Assembly (NCBI RefSeq): GCF_900095195.1
Contig: NZ_LT606950.1
Span: 1,415,879-1,447,878, forward strand
Reading direction: 5' to 3'
DNA: 32,000 nt
Origin: Polynucleobacter necessarius
Lineage (GTDB): Bacteria > Pseudomonadota > Gammaproteobacteria > Burkholderiales > Burkholderiaceae
Part shown: piece after piece, positions 1 to 11,178 of the stretch
How the letters are laid out: each line of letters starts with the position of its first letter
How positions within the stretch are numbered: the first letter of the stretch is position 1
Program-made: the position numbers and the translations under genes
The notes under the pieces: generated by a model
Database searches by the model: none
Seen by the model: the letters and a program-made list of their open reading frames with translations, nothing else
What the model was told of the DNA's origin: nothing

Positions 1-1175
1 CGGCCACCTTTCATTAAGACTGCCGAATGGCGAAACACAAAAATTTGGTAATCCGTCAGATGCTTTATGCGCTGATATTCAGATACATGATTGGTCAGTA
101 TTTAAGGAGGTCATGTCGCATGGCGATATTGGATTTGCTGAGGCCTATATACGTGGGGAATGGAATACTTCAGACCTTAAGGCGCTTCTAGAGCTGGCCA
201 TTCGGAATGGCACCATACTAGAGAGAGCTATACATGGCAGCTGGTTTTGTTCGATTATTTACCGCATTAGACATTGGCTACGGGATAACAGCAAATCAGG
301 TAGTCGTAAAAATATTCATGCTCACTATGACCTTGGTAATGCCTTTTATAGCTTGTGGCTTGATCCCACAATGAGCTATTCGAGCGCTTGGTTTTCAGAA
401 GGAGAAAAGCAAACGCTTGCCCAAGCACAGCGAGCAAAGATCCAGTGAATTCTAGAATCTCTGCAAACTAAGCCGGGCGCCCATCTATTGGAAATTGGTT
501 GTGGCTGGGGCGGGGTGATGGAAGAGTCACTGTTAAGCCAGCGATCAATAACTGGGCTCACCTTATCAACCGAACAAAAGAACAAAAAGCATATGCCGAG
601 ACTAGGCTAGCTAAGATTCTTTCCGCCTCAAATTCTGTGGGATCTTTTGAAGTACGACTACAAGATTACCGCGATTGCCAAGAACAGTTCGATGGCATTG
701 CATCCGTTGAGATGTTTGAAACAGCGGGTGAAAAACACTGGCCTGAGTATTTTTAAACAATCGCCAAATGCCTCAAGGTTGGTGGTAAAGCGTGTATTCA
801 AACATTGTGATTGCCGAAGATTTATTTAAGCGCTACCGCCACAACACCGACTTTATTCAACAATATGTATTTCCTGGAGGCATGTTACCGTCTCGGACTA
901 GCTTTAAAGCAAGTGCTGAGAAGGCTGGATTGCAAATTGAGAATGAGTTTGCTTTTGGCCTAGACTAGGCTAAGACACTTTGTCTCTGGCGCGATAGCTT
1001 TAATCAAAAATTAGCCGAAGTGCGCCAATTGGGTTTTGATGAAGCCTTTATACGTCTCTGGAATTTCTATTTAATGTACTGCGCTGCCGGTTTTTCACAA
1101 CAAAATATTGATGTGGTGCAATTCACCTTAAGCCATAAACCCAGTAAGCTCATTTCGAATGCGCTAACAGCATGA
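1..1175 (+). pseudogene. cfa: Cyclopropane-fatty-acyl-phospholipid synthase (Cfa), disrupted; the 5' end runs off the window
   Basis: Reading across all three + frames rebuilds a full Cfa-like sequence: GDIGFAEAYIRGEW, HYDLGNAFYSLWLDPTMSYSSAWF, SAM-binding LLEIGCGWGG, RLQDYRD, VEMFETAGEKHWPEYF, FIQQYVFPGGMLPS, LWNFYLMYCAAGF. Lesions: in-frame TGA at 446-448; 8-bp tandem duplication gaacaaaa/gaacaaaa at 572-587 (removing one copy restores ...STEQKAYAETRLA...); in-frame TAA at 754-756; 1-nt frameshift near 805; in-frame TAG at 966-968 where Tyr is expected (GLD*AKTL). The last frame ends at TGA 1173-1175. Confidence 0.85.
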
Positions 1176-1933
1176 AACAGACTGGAATTCGTCACTTTTC
1201 TGGTAAGCGGGTATGGATTATTGGCGCCTCCAGCGGAATTGGTGAGGCATGTGCCAAAAAACTCATTGAGCAAGGCGCAAGAGTTGCGCTATCCCGTCGG
1301 CGAGTAGAGCGTTTAAATACGATTGCTGAAACTGCAAAAGCAAATCAGACCTTAGTTGTTCCAATTGATGTGACGAATAACGACCAATTACAGCAAGGCT
1401 ATGAATCCATCTTCGATACTTGGGGTGCCATAGATTTATTGCTTTTTGTGTCTGGCATTTACACGCCCCAACGCGCAAACTACTTTGATTTCTCGGCGGC
1501 AGAACAAACGATTGACGCCAATCTTCTAGGGCCCATGAGGGCAGTAGCACTAGTGCTACCTGAAATGCTCAAAAGACATGAGGGGCATACTGCCATTGTT
1601 GGTAGTGTCGCAGGATACAGCGGTCTACCAAAGGCGCTAGCCTATGGTCCAAGTAAAGCCGCTACTATCAATTTTTGCGAAACGCTCTACTATGATTTGC
1701 TTCCTGAGGGCGTGAGCGTTCATATGATTTCCCCGGAATTCGTTGCTACCGAAGCAACCGCCCAAAATGACTTTGAAATGCCCGCACTGATTAGCACCGA
1801 TGAGGCTGCCAAGGAAATTCTGAACGGAATTCAAAAAAAAGGGGGGGTTGATATCCACTTTCCCAAGCGATTCTCGGGATTTTTAAAATTCTTAAGAATT
1901 CTTCCCTATCCAATTTATTTCTGGATAGTGTGA
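1172..1933 (+). CDS. Short-chain dehydrogenase/reductase (classical SDR), substrate unknown
   Basis: 253-aa ORF with Rossmann motif IIGASSGIGEA and catalytic YGPSKAA (YxxxK). The start overlaps the end of the cfa frame as ATGA. It contains an A8G7 homopolymer block (1833-1847) but stays in frame. Confidence 0.85.
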   Translation: MKQTGIRHFSGKRVWIIGASSGIGEACAKKLIEQGARVALSRRRVERLNTIAETAKANQTLVVPIDVTNNDQLQQGYESIFDTWGAIDLLLFVSGIYTPQRANYFDFSAAEQTIDANLLGPMRAVALVLPEMLKRHEGHTAIVGSVAGYSGLPKALAYGPSKAATINFCETLYYDLLPEGVSVHMISPEFVATEATAQNDFEMPALISTDEAAKEILNGIQKKGGVDIHFPKRFSGFLKFLRILPYPIYFWIV

Positions 1934-1952
1934 CGTTTCGTTAAGATTTAGA

Positions 1953-1977
1953 TGAGCGCGTAAAGATACTGCGCTCA
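1953..1977. terminator. Possible bidirectional hairpin between the convergent SDR and dsbA genes
   Basis: 7-bp inverted repeat tgagcgc (1953-1959) / gcgctca (1971-1977) with an 11-nt loop, in the 54-nt gap. No convincing U-tract on either side. Confidence 0.35.
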
Positions 1978-1987
1978 GTAAGCTTTA

Positions 1988-2632
1988 CTACTTGTACTTG
2001 TCTTTGCGAATTTTCTCTTCTAAGCAGTCCATTAGCGCAATGGCTTTGGCTTTTGATCCTGCAATTGAAGGTGAAGTTACATACTTGCCCTGCATCACAA
2101 TCGTAGGCACGCCATCGATACGATATGCTTCAGTTAATTGTTTGGCAGCCCTCGCTTTGGAGACTACGGCGAAAGAACGGTAGGTTGCTAAGAAACTATT
2201 GCGGTCAATTCCTTGTGAGGCAACCCGGTCAGCAATTTCATTCTCGGTGAGCAGGCGTTTGTTTTCTTTGTGCATGGCATACATCACCTTTTCATTCAAA
2301 GAATCGCCTTTACCCATAGCCTCTAAGGCATAAAAAAGCTGGCTATGAGGCAAAAAATCGTCTCGGAAAGCCACTGGCACTCTACGAAACGCAACGTCTT
2401 TTGGCTGGCGTTTTACCCAAGCACTAAGCTCTGGCTCAAAGTCATAACAATGTGGGCATCCATACCAAAAAAACTCAATTACCTCGACCTTGCCTTTTGT
2501 CTCAACAGGCTGTGGCACAGGTAAGACTCGGTAGTCAAAGCCTTCTTCAATTTTTTGCCCTTGGGCAATAGCAATACCACTCAAAAAAATAAAGGTGCCG
2601 GCGATCAATACCCGTTTGCTAAAAGAAACCAT
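1988..2632 (-). CDS. dsbA: Thiol:disulfide interchange protein DsbA
   Basis: 214-aa ORF with a hydrophobic N-terminal signal-like segment and a thioredoxin-fold active site FFWYGCPHCYDFEP (CPHC). Confidence 0.9.
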   Translation of the reverse strand: MVSFSKRVLIAGTFIFLSGIAIAQGQKIEEGFDYRVLPVPQPVETKGKVEVIEFFWYGCPHCYDFEPELSAWVKRQPKDVAFRRVPVAFRDDFLPHSQLFYALEAMGKGDSLNEKVMYAMHKENKRLLTENEIADRVASQGIDRNSFLATYRSFAVVSKARAAKQLTEAYRIDGVPTIVMQGKYVTSPSIAGSKAKAIALMDCLEEKIRKDKYK

Positions 2633-2643
2633 GATGTTTAACT

Positions 2644-3258
2644 TTATTTGCTGGCTTTGATGAGAGTTGGTTTAATACCCACGCTACTTAACTTATCGCG
2701 CGCAGGATTGCTTTCTTCAATACTGCTATAGGGTCCGGAACGCACTCGCCATAAAGTATTTCCATCGGCCGTTACTTCACTCAGTTGCGTCTGAATACCT
2801 TGAATGGCTAGGCTTGCTTTTTGTGCATCCGCATCGGCGCGCCTCGTAAATGCGCCTACTTGCAAGACATAAATGGCGTCGCCCTTAGGTACAGCTGTGG
2901 CCGTTGCATTATCGGAGGTCTTTTTGCCGTTAACCAAATCTCCTATCGGATCGGAAGTAGGGGCGCTAGGGCTTTTACCTTGCAAAGGCTTATTTAAATC
3001 TACCCGCTCAGTTGAAGATGTCGCCTCACCCTCAGCGGGAGCTGACGGTTTGATGGTGATCGGCAAATTTGGCGCGCGTACACCAGGCCTTTCTTGAGGG
3101 GTATTTTTGGAGAGATAAAAAGCAATTACAAAGGCGATGCCAAGACCCGCGCCCAATCCTAGAACAAAGCCTAAGATGGTTCCACCATACTGCGAGTGAT
3201 TTGCAGGGATATTGTTGCTCTTGTTGATGAAGCCAGATTGTGGATTCGGCTTATTCAT
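2644..3258 (-). CDS. SPOR domain-containing membrane protein (peptidoglycan-binding, division-associated family)
   Basis: 204 aa with one TM segment (ILGFVLGLGAGLGIAFVIAFYL), a P/S/T/A-rich linker, and a C-terminal SPOR-like module (YVLQVGAFTRRADADAQ...TLWRVRSGPYSSIEES). Confidence 0.75.
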   Translation of the reverse strand: MNKPNPQSGFINKSNNIPANHSQYGGTILGFVLGLGAGLGIAFVIAFYLSKNTPQERPGVRAPNLPITIKPSAPAEGEATSSTERVDLNKPLQGKSPSAPTSDPIGDLVNGKKTSDNATATAVPKGDAIYVLQVGAFTRRADADAQKASLAIQGIQTQLSEVTADGNTLWRVRSGPYSSIEESNPARDKLSSVGIKPTLIKASK

Positions 3259-3296
3259 TATTTCCTCATCTTACCTATTCACTTCACACTATGCCA

Positions 3297-5024
3297 CTAC
3301 ATCTTTGCTGGTGCTGATACACCCAATACCTTTAGGCCATTTTGCAGAACTTGACGGGTGGCTGATAGAAGAGCAAGCCGAGCCAGTTTTAATTTTTCAT
3401 CATCAATCAACACTCGATCAGCGTTATAGAACGTATGAAAGTCACTAGCCAAGTCACGCAAATAAAATGCAAGCGCATGCGGAGCAAGCTCTGCTACTGC
3501 ATCCGTTAACACTTCTGGATATTCCGCTAGGCGTTTCAATAAATGATCCGAAGCCTTACTTTGCAATAGCGACAAATCAGCATTAGTTAGGTCTGCTGAT
3601 TTACCGCCCCACTGCTGCAAAATAGAACTGATACGTGCGTGAGCATATTGCACATAAAAGACTGGATTCTCATCGTTTTGCTGTAAAGCTAGATTAATGT
3701 CAAATACAAATTCGGTATCTGCTTTTCGAGAAATTAAGAAAAAACGAACCGCATCTCGACCACGTTGTAATGCCGATTCTCTCTCTTCCGCTGTCATTTC
3801 TGGGGTAACCCCGCCGGACCATTCGACCAAATCTCGAACCGTCACATAGGAGCCTGCACGCTTAGAGATTTTTACCTCTTCACCATGCCTCATCACTGTC
3901 ACCATTTTATGCAGCACATAATCTGGATAGGTTTTAGGGATATTCCAACCACGCTTTTGTGCCACTCCTTGTAAGCCCGAGCGGACGCGGGCAATAATGC
4001 CGTGATGATCACTACCCTGGACATTGATCACTTTTGCAAATCCACGATTCCACTTGCTAGTGTGATATGCAACATCTGGTACAAAATAGGTAAAGCTTCC
4101 ATCGGATTTACGCATGACGCGATCCTTATCGTCGCCATCATCGGTCGTCCTGAGCCAAAGCGCGCCTTCAGCCTCATACGTTTTACCAACACTTTGCAGG
4201 TCTTGCACAATCTGATTCACACTGCCGTCAGTGTACAAAGAAGACTCTAAGTAATAGCAATCAAATTTCACACCAAACGTTTTCAGATCAATATCCTGTT
4301 CATTACGAAGATACGCTACGGCAAATCGGCGAATAGCCTCAAGATCATCGCAATATTCCGGTGATGCTTTAAAAGCGACTGCGATCTCAGCAATGTATTC
4401 ACCGTTATATGCTTGCTCAGGCCAATTTTCATCGCCAGGCTTTAGGCCCTTCAAACGCGCTTGTACAGAAAGTGCAAGATTTGCAATTTGCACTCCAGCA
4501 TCGTTGTAATAAAACTCCCGATGTACCTTAATGCCCTGGGTAGCCAATAAGTTTGCTAGAGCATCCCCGAGAGCCGCCTGCCTTCCATGACCTACATGCA
4601 ATGGGCCCGTTGGGTTTGCCGAGACAAACTCAATCATGGCGCTATCAACCGGACTATTGCCATGCTTCATTTCGCCGAAATGGGTGCCAGCAGCAAGAAT
4701 CTCCTTAACTACAGCCGTTTTGGCCTGGTTACTGAGGCGAAAATTGATAAATCCTGGTCCAGCAATTTCACAAGAAGCAATCAGTTGGTTATAGCCGTCT
4801 TGGCTTTGCAAGCGCGCAACCAGGGCTTGCGCCAACTCACGTGGATTAAGCTTCCATGCCTTTGAAAGCTGAAGCGCGATATTACAGACTACATCGCCAT
4901 GATCCACAGCTTTGGGGCGTTCCAGACGGGGCGCAGGCGGCTCACCTAAACCGCGTTCTTGAGCCAACCCCTGGAGGGCTCCACTTAACATTTCAATTAA
5001 ACGATTTTTATTAGTTCGCAACAT
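3297..5024 (-). CDS. argS: Arginine--tRNA ligase
   Basis: 575 aa with a class I HIGH-type motif ([14 protein letters not shown]), an anticodon-binding C-terminal domain, and a terminal Met (...APAKM) typical of ArgRS. Confidence 0.95.
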   Translation of the reverse strand: MLRTNKNRLIEMLSGALQGLAQERGLGEPPAPRLERPKAVDHGDVVCNIALQLSKAWKLNPRELAQALVARLQSQDGYNQLIASCEIAGPGFINFRLSNQAKTAVVKEILAAGTHFGEMKHGNSPVDSAMIEFVSANPTGPLHVGHGRQAALGDALANLLATQGIKVHREFYYNDAGVQIANLALSVQARLKGLKPGDENWPEQAYNGEYIAEIAVAFKASPEYCDDLEAIRRFAVAYLRNEQDIDLKTFGVKFDCYYLESSLYTDGSVNQIVQDLQSVGKTYEAEGALWLRTTDDGDDKDRVMRKSDGSFTYFVPDVAYHTSKWNRGFAKVINVQGSDHHGIIARVRSGLQGVAQKRGWNIPKTYPDYVLHKMVTVMRHGEEVKISKRAGSYVTVRDLVEWSGGVTPEMTAEERESALQRGRDAVRFFLISRKADTEFVFDINLALQQNDENPVFYVQYAHARISSILQQWGGKSADLTNADLSLLQSKASDHLLKRLAEYPEVLTDAVAELAPHALAFYLRDLASDFHTFYNADRVLIDDEKLKLARLALLSATRQVLQNGLKVLGVSAPAKM

Positions 5025-5059
5025 AGATGAGTGAGTTTATCAGGTGGTAAGCTAACGAA

Positions 5060-5377
5060 ATGATCTATCAATTTCGCTCCAAGGCCGGTCCAGACGTCAT
5101 TATGTTGGCTGATCTGACGCAACGAATTTTTGATATCTTTGGCCACCTATTAGAACCAAGGGGTATTCTCACCGAAGAACAGCTCCCAGCTCTCATTATC
5201 AAATTAGAGACTGCCATTCTTAAGGATATGGAGGATCGTACTAAAGCGAAAGCGGAGGTCGAAGCAGGGGTTGAAAAACCAAAGTTGGCAGATCGTCTGG
5301 GCCAAAGAGCATATCCGTTTTTAGAGCTGATGAAGCAGGCTAATTCTAAAAACGAGCCCGTTATATGGGGCGTCTAG
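5060..5377 (+). CDS. Small conserved hypothetical protein (DUF1840-like)
   Basis: 105-aa ORF. The N-terminus [16 protein letters not shown] resembles my recollection of the DUF1840 family common in Burkholderiales. Its stop overlaps the metH stop as CTAG (5374-5377). Confidence 0.6.
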   Translation: MIYQFRSKAGPDVIMLADLTQRIFDIFGHLLEPRGILTEEQLPALIIKLETAILKDMEDRTKAKAEVEAGVEKPKLADRLGQRAYPFLELMKQANSKNEPVIWGV

Positions 5378-8124
5378 TCCACCAAGCTGGCTAACTGGCG
5401 ACGGATTTGATCCACGGTTTGTCCCCGTCGCTTGGCAAGGTCCTCAATCTGATCGACTGCAATTTTTCCAACATTGAAATATTTCGCATCAGGATGAGCC
5501 AAGTAAAAACCACTCACGCTAGAAGCTGGGTTCATAGCTAAAGACTCCGTTAAAGTCATCCCAATATTTTCAGATCCCATAACGCGCAATAAATCTTGCT
5601 TAACTTCGTGCGCAGGGCAAGCAGGGTAACCAGGTGCAGGACGAATGCCACGATACTCTTCATCAATCATCTGATCATTCGTCAATACTTCGTCAATCGC
5701 ATAACCCCATAGGTTGGTACGAACGCGATGGTGCATTAATTCAGCAAAGGCCTCCGCCAATCGATCGGCAAGCGCCTTCAACATAATCGCACTGTAATCA
5801 TCATGCTTGGCCTGAAACTCAGCCGCTTTCTTTTCAACACCGTGACCGGTGGTGACTGCAAAGCAACCCAAGTAATCTACAACACTGGACTCTTTTGGAG
5901 CAACGTAATCCGCTAAACAGCGGTTTGGTCGGCGAACACCATCAATGATTGGACGCTCGGACTGCTGACGTAGGTTATGCCATACAAATAATGGATGCTG
6001 ACGAGCCTCATCGCTATATAAAACTATGTCATCACCCACAGAATTGGCAGGATAAAAAGCCACCACCCCATCAGCTTGTAACCATTGACCTTTAATGAGC
6101 TTATCCAACATAGCTTGAGCATCTTGATAAACCTTGCGCGCTTCGACGCCTACCACCTCATCTTCCAAGATTGCTGGGAACTTGCCCGCCAAATCCCAGG
6201 TTTGAAAGAAAGGGGTCCAATCAATATATTTTGCAATATCAGCTACAGCAAAATTTTTAAACACTCGGCGCCCAATGAACTTTGGCTTCTCTGGCACATA
6301 AGACACCCAATTAATCATCTCGCGATTTTTGCGGGCAGCAGCCAATGAAATGGTTGGGGCCACTTTTTTATTAGCATGCTGCTCTCGAATACGTTGATAA
6401 TCATCACGCAAGTCTTGAACAAATTTCTTAGCACTCTCGTCAGACAATAAACTTGAGGCAACCGATACAGAACGCGAAGCGTCAGGCACATACACCACGG
6501 GCCCATCGTAATGAGGAGCAATTTTTACAGCGGTATGCACACGAGAGGTGGTGGCGCCACCAATCATCAACGGAATTTGACGCTCACGGAAATACTCATC
6601 ACGCTGCATCTCCTGTGCGACATAAGTCATCTCTTCAAGCGATGGTGTGATTAAGCCTGAAAGGCCCACAATATCGGCGTTCTCCTCTTTGGCGCGTTTG
6701 AGAATTTCAGCACAAGGCACCATGACACCCATATTGGCTACTTCAAAGTTATTACATTGCAACACTACCGTCACAATATTCTTGCCAATATCGTGAACGT
6801 CACCTTTTACCGTAGCCATCACAATCTTACCTTTTGCCTTGGCTTCTCCACCAGCAGCGATATGTTGCCGTTTTTCTTCTTCGATGAACGGTATTAAAGT
6901 AGCAACCGCTTGCTTCATGACGCGCGCACTCTTCACCACTTGCGGCAAAAACATTTTGCCAGCGCCAAACAAATCGCCAACAACATTCATGCCATCCATG
7001 AGAGGACCTTCAATCACCTCGATTGGCCTGCCACCTGCGCCCATAATTTCTGCACGCAGCTCTTCGGTATCCGCCTCGATAAAGGTAGTAATCCCATGCA
7101 CTAAAGCATGCGTAAGACGCTCACGAACAGGAGCCTCACGCCATACCAAGTTCTCCACCTGCTTGGCACCATCTCCCTTAAATTGGTCAGCAATCGCCAA
7201 CAATCTCTCGGCAAGGGATTGCCCATCTTTCTCTTTGAAACGATTGAGCACAACGTCTTCAACGCGTTCACGCAATTCTGGGTCCAAATCAGCATAGACC
7301 CCCAATTGACCAGCATTAACAATGCCCATGTCCATCCCAGCTTGTATGGCGTGATAAAGGAACACGGTGTGAATTGCTTCACGCACACGATCATTGCCGC
7401 GGAATGAAAAGCTGACATTCGACACGCCCCCGCTGACCTTAGCGCCGGGCAGATTTTCTTTTATCCAACGCGTGGCTTCAATAAAATCAACTGCATAGTT
7501 ATCGTGCTCTTCGATACCAGTGGCAATTGCAAAAATATTAGGATCAAAAATAATATCTTCAGCAGGAAAACCAATTTCATTCACTAAGATGTTGTAGCAC
7601 CGCTGACAAATCTCGGTTTTGCGCTGAAATGTATCCGCTTGACCAACTTCATCAAAAGCCATGACCACGGTAGCAGCGCCATAACGCCGAATTAAGCGAG
7701 CTTGCTTGCGAAACTGCTCCTCACCCTCTTTCAAAGAGATGGAGTTCACAATTGGCTTACCCTGAATACACTTGAGACCCGCTTCAATTACACTCCATTT
7801 AGAGGAGTCGATCATGATCGGTACGCGCGCAATATCTGGCTCAGATGCAATCAAGTTCAAGAAACGCGTCATCGCCGCTTCCGAATCCAACATTGCCTCA
7901 TCCATATTGATATCGATGACCTGCGCCCCATTCTCAACTTGTTGACGCGCCACCGCAAGAGCCTCATCAAATTGATTATTCAAAATCATGCGTGCAAACG
8001 CTTTTGATCCTGTGACGTTGGTTCGCTCACCAATATTGACAAAGCCAACATCCGTTGTCACATTGAATGGCTCAAGACCAGAAAGCTTCATTGCCGGCAT
8101 AGCGTGTTTGTTCGTCGTTATCAT
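5374..8124 (-). CDS. metH: Cobalamin-dependent methionine synthase, large subunit-like part (pterin-binding, B12-binding and AdoMet-reactivation domains)
   Basis: 916 aa with pterin-binding [14 protein letters not shown]12 motif [11 protein letters not shown] (DxHxxG), and a C-terminal activation domain. It lacks the Hcy-binding domain, which the adjacent upstream ORF encodes. Confidence 0.95.
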   Translation of the reverse strand: MITTNKHAMPAMKLSGLEPFNVTTDVGFVNIGERTNVTGSKAFARMILNNQFDEALAVARQQVENGAQVIDINMDEAMLDSEAAMTRFLNLIASEPDIARVPIMIDSSKWSVIEAGLKCIQGKPIVNSISLKEGEEQFRKQARLIRRYGAATVVMAFDEVGQADTFQRKTEICQRCYNILVNEIGFPAEDIIFDPNIFAIATGIEEHDNYAVDFIEATRWIKENLPGAKVSGGVSNVSFSFRGNDRVREAIHTVFLYHAIQAGMDMGIVNAGQLGVYADLDPELRERVEDVVLNRFKEKDGQSLAERLLAIADQFKGDGAKQVENLVWREAPVRERLTHALVHGITTFIEADTEELRAEIMGAGGRPIEVIEGPLMDGMNVVGDLFGAGKMFLPQVVKSARVMKQAVATLIPFIEEEKRQHIAAGGEAKAKGKIVMATVKGDVHDIGKNIVTVVLQCNNFEVANMGVMVPCAEILKRAKEENADIVGLSGLITPSLEEMTYVAQEMQRDEYFRERQIPLMIGGATTSRVHTAVKIAPHYDGPVVYVPDASRSVSVASSLLSDESAKKFVQDLRDDYQRIREQHANKKVAPTISLAAARKNREMINWVSYVPEKPKFIGRRVFKNFAVADIAKYIDWTPFFQTWDLAGKFPAILEDEVVGVEARKVYQDAQAMLDKLIKGQWLQADGVVAFYPANSVGDDIVLYSDEARQHPLFVWHNLRQQSERPIIDGVRRPNRCLADYVAPKESSVVDYLGCFAVTTGHGVEKKAAEFQAKHDDYSAIMLKALADRLAEAFAELMHHRVRTNLWGYAIDEVLTNDQMIDEEYRGIRPAPGYPACPAHEVKQDLLRVMGSENIGMTLTESLAMNPASSVSGFYLAHPDAKYFNVGKIAVDQIEDLAKRRGQTVDQIRRQLASLVD

Positions 8125-9185
8125 GCCGGCACCTCGGCATTGTCACGACAAAAAGCACGTGGCTTACGTTTAGCGACCGCACTAGCAATCGCACGAATAT
8201 GGTCAGGAGTAGTTCCACAGCAACCGCCGACCAAATTTACTAATCCATCTTTGGCAAAACCATCGACTAACTTCGACGTAATGTCGGGCGTTTCATCAAA
8301 GCCTGTATCGCTCATCGAATTTGGTAATCCTGCATTTGGGTAGCACGATACTGCCGTGTCACAGATGCGTGAAAGCTCAGCAATACATGGGCGCATCAGC
8401 GCAGCGCCTAAGGCGCAATTCAAACCAAAAGTCAGCGGCTTGATATGGCGCAAGCTATTCCAAAAAGCCTCAACGGTTTGGCCAGAGAGAATTCGACCAG
8501 AAGCATCCGTGACTGTTCCGGAGATCATGACTGGCAAACGCCCACCAGTTTCTTCAAAGAACTCATCCAATGCAAACAGTGCGGCTTTTGCATTCAAGGT
8601 ATCAAAAATTGTTTCGACCAAAAATAAGTCAACACCACCTGCAAATAAACCTTCAATTTGCTCTCGATAGGATGCGCGTAAGGCATCAAAGGTCACATTC
8701 CGTGCGCCCGGATCATTCACATCAGGAGAGATGCTCGCCGTCTTTGGTGTGGGTCCAATAGCGCCAGCAGCAAAACGCGGTTTGTCTGTGGTGCTGTATT
8801 TTTCACAAGCAGCTCGCGCTAATCTTGCTGACACCTCGTTCATTTCGCGAGCCAAACCAGCCATTTTGTAATCTTCTTGCGCTACGGATGTTGCACCAAA
8901 GGTATTTGTCTCAATAATATCGGCGCCTGCATCCAAATATTGCTCATGGATTTTGCTAATAATTTGCGGCTGGGTCAAAACCAATAACTCATTATTGCCC
9001 TTGAGATCTCCGGGATGATCCACAAAACGAGAATTACCTGACAAACCACGGTAATCCGCTTCGCTCAATTTATATTGTTGAATCATGGTTCCCATCGCGC
9101 CATCCAAAATGAGGATGCGCTGTTTTAGCAGCTCAGGAAGAACCTGGCCGCGGGTATAGGGCTGGGACAAACCATTAAATTGCAT
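8121..9185 (-). CDS. metH: Homocysteine S-methyltransferase domain protein (N-terminal module of split MetH)
   Basis: 354 aa with [11 protein letters not shown] and Zn-ligand cysteines in GLNCALG and [11 protein letters not shown]. Its stop overlaps the start of the large metH ORF as ATGA (8121-8124), which suggests translational coupling. Confidence 0.92.
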   Translation of the reverse strand: MQFNGLSQPYTRGQVLPELLKQRILILDGAMGTMIQQYKLSEADYRGLSGNSRFVDHPGDLKGNNELLVLTQPQIISKIHEQYLDAGADIIETNTFGATSVAQEDYKMAGLAREMNEVSARLARAACEKYSTTDKPRFAAGAIGPTPKTASISPDVNDPGARNVTFDALRASYREQIEGLFAGGVDLFLVETIFDTLNAKAALFALDEFFEETGGRLPVMISGTVTDASGRILSGQTVEAFWNSLRHIKPLTFGLNCALGAALMRPCIAELSRICDTAVSCYPNAGLPNSMSDTGFDETPDITSKLVDGFAKDGLVNLVGGCCGTTPDHIRAIASAVAKRKPRAFCRDNAEVPA

Positions 9186-9263
9186 TGCTTGATCGAATTA
9201 CTCTCTAGAATCCCTTATTCTATTGGAAAAGCTACTTTCTATTTATCTCGGAGTTTCTATGTT

Positions 9264-9276
9264 TGGAACTATTCCA
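9264..9276. promoter_or_regulatory. Perfect palindrome TGGAA-N3-TTCCA, a candidate operator upstream of split metH
   Basis: tggaactattcca is centred about 85 nt upstream of the metH-N ATG (9185), just downstream of a weak AT-rich hairpin (9280-9313) that follows glmS. It differs by one symmetric position per half-site from the MetR box TGAA-N5-TTCA as I recall it. Confidence 0.25.
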
Positions 9277-9345
9277 GAATTTAAGACATTTGAACACAAA
9301 AACGATGTCTAAACTTTCCAAAGCCCTATATGTCAGAGCAAAGAA

Positions 9346-11178
9346 TTACTCGACTGTCACGCTTTTTGCCAGGTTTCTAGGCTTATCTACATCTGTACCA
9401 CGAGCGCATGCCGTGTGATATGCCAGTAACTGTAACGGCACAACGTGCAAGATCGGTGACAGGCTGCCGTAGTGTTCAGGCAAGCGAATCACATTAATGC
9501 CATCGCTACTCAAGATTTCAGTATCTTGAGTAGCAAAAACATAAAGCTTCCCGCCTCGCGCTTTTACCTCTTGCATATTCGATTTGAGCTTTTCTAAAAG
9601 CTCATCATTTGGTGCCACAGTAACTACCGGCATCTTCTCAGTCACGAGGGCTAAGGGTCCATGCTTCAATTCACCTGCAGGGTATGCTTCCGCATGAATA
9701 TAGGAGATCTCTTTGAGCTTTAACGCACCCTCAAGCGCAATTGGATAGTGTCGGCCACGACCCAAAAAGAGTGCGTTTTCGCATTTCGCAAATGCATCAC
9801 TCCAGGCCATAATTTGTGGCTCAAGCGCCAATACAGCATGAAGCGCCTTTGGCAAATGACGCAAATCTCGGAGAAGTTCCTTTTCGCGCTCAGCAGAAAC
9901 TCTGCCTGAACGCTTCGCTAATGAGGCTGCTAAAAGATATAACGCAAGTAATTGGGTGGTAAACGCTTTAGTTGATGCAACACCAATTTCGGCCCCAGCC
10001 TTCGTTAAGAAATGCCAATCAGTCTCACGCACCATCGCGCTACTAGCTACATTACAAATAGCTAGGGTGTATGTATGCCCTAAAGATTTTGCATGGCGTA
10101 AGGCAGCCAAAGTATCTGCTGTCTCGCCCGATTGGGAAACCACCACAATCAATGTCTTAGGATTCGGAACGGTAGTGCGATAACGGTACTCACTGGCGAT
10201 TTCTGCCTGAGTAGGAATACCAGCAATATCTTCTAACCAATACTTTGCAACACATGCAGAGTAGTAGCTCGTGCCACAAGCTAATATTAAGATTTGATCA
10301 AAAGCATTCCAGTTTGCCGCGTTTGCTCCAAATAACTCCGGCCCAAATGCGGCAATATTTGCAAGCGTGTCTCCAATTGCTCTTGGCTGCTCAAAAATTT
10401 CTTTTTGCATGTAATGCTGATAAGGGCCAAGTTCAACAGAATCTGCCTGCGAAGGCATAGGCTTTTGTTCACGCTTTACTGATTTTCCTGACTGATCCAA
10501 AACATCAACACTACCTGCCTTAAGGATGGCTACATCACCTTCCTCTAAATACATCATGGAATGCGCTCGACCAGCCAAAGCCAAGGCATCTGAAGCTAAG
10601 AAGTGTTCTTGATCACCAAGCGCTACCACCAACGGCGAACCAACTCGGGCACCAACTAATGTCTCAGGGCTATTTTGAGCTATCACCCCTATGGCATAAG
10701 CACCAAATAACTTAGGCAACACTGCTTGTACTGCTTTTGCAATATCTTTTCGGTCTGTCCGCTCGTACTCCTGATGAATTAAATGAGCAATTACTTCTGT
10801 ATCCGTTTCAGAGGTAAACACATAGCCAGCCGTTTTTAATTCTGCACAAAGCGCCCCGTAGTTCTCAATAATGCCGTTATGAACAACGGCAATTAATCCG
10901 CCAGAGATGTGTGGGTGCGCATTTTGCGTATCGGGTTTGCCATGAGTGGCCCAGCGAGTGTGTGCAATACCCAATGTTCCCCGAAATTCTTTACCCTGCT
11001 CAGCCAGCTCAGAGACACGGGCAGTTGTTCTGGCACGCTCAATCGGATGCTTCAGGTCGTCGCCATTGATGACTGCAAAACCACATGAGTCATAGCCACG
11101 GTACTCAAGGCGACGTAGACCTTCCACCAACACATCAACGATATTCTTATGAGATGCTGCGCCAACAATACCGCACAT
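9346..11178 (-). CDS. glmS: Glutamine--fructose-6-phosphate aminotransferase
   Basis: 610 aa. It starts MCGIVGA (Ntn-amidotransferase Cys), has tandem SIS domains, and ends KSVTVE. Confidence 0.97.
   Translation of the reverse strand: MCGIVGAASHKNIVDVLVEGLRRLEYRGYDSCGFAVINGDDLKHPIERARTTARVSELAEQGKEFRGTLGIAHTRWATHGKPDTQNAHPHISGGLIAVVHNGIIENYGALCAELKTAGYVFTSETDTEVIAHLIHQEYERTDRKDIAKAVQAVLPKLFGAYAIGVIAQNSPETLVGARVGSPLVVALGDQEHFLASDALALAGRAHSMMYLEEGDVAILKAGSVDVLDQSGKSVKREQKPMPSQADSVELGPYQHYMQKEIFEQPRAIGDTLANIAAFGPELFGANAANWNAFDQILILACGTSYYSACVAKYWLEDIAGIPTQAEIASEYRYRTTVPNPKTLIVVVSQSGETADTLAALRHAKSLGHTYTLAICNVASSAMVRETDWHFLTKAGAEIGVASTKAFTTQLLALYLLAASLAKRSGRVSAEREKELLRDLRHLPKALHAVLALEPQIMAWSDAFAKCENALFLGRGRHYPIALEGALKLKEISYIHAEAYPAGELKHGPLALVTEKMPVVTVAPNDELLEKLKSNMQEVKARGGKLYVFATQDTEILSSDGINVIRLPEHYGSLSPILHVVPLQLLAYHTACARGTDVDKPRNLAKSVTVE

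Noticed and set aside
446-448. In-frame TGA in cfa as selenocysteine or stop-codon reassignment
   Set aside because: The same gene also carries in-frame TAA and TAG plus two frameshifts. Intact genes in the window terminate normally with TGA, and no SECIS-like hairpin is evident.
376-829. Small ORFs 376-585 (-), 499-756 (+) and 647-829 (+) as independent genes
   Set aside because: All fall inside the cfa pseudogene. 499-756 is a cfa fragment, and the others are frame artefacts.
6839-7297. Long antisense ORFs inside conserved genes (6839-7297 in metH; also 1263-1550, 22455-22829, 29827-30165, 30218-30553)
   Set aside because: Each lies wholly antisense to a strongly supported conserved gene and has low-complexity, Arg/Ser/Cys-rich composition with no recognisable motif. 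These are typical shadow ORFs.
9186-9345. Cobalamin or SAH riboswitch in the metH leader
   Set aside because: The 160-nt spacer is AT-rich and lacks the GAGCG...CAGGC...GCGCUC blocks and any B12-box-like sequence. Only a weak post-glmS hairpin and a short palindrome are seen.
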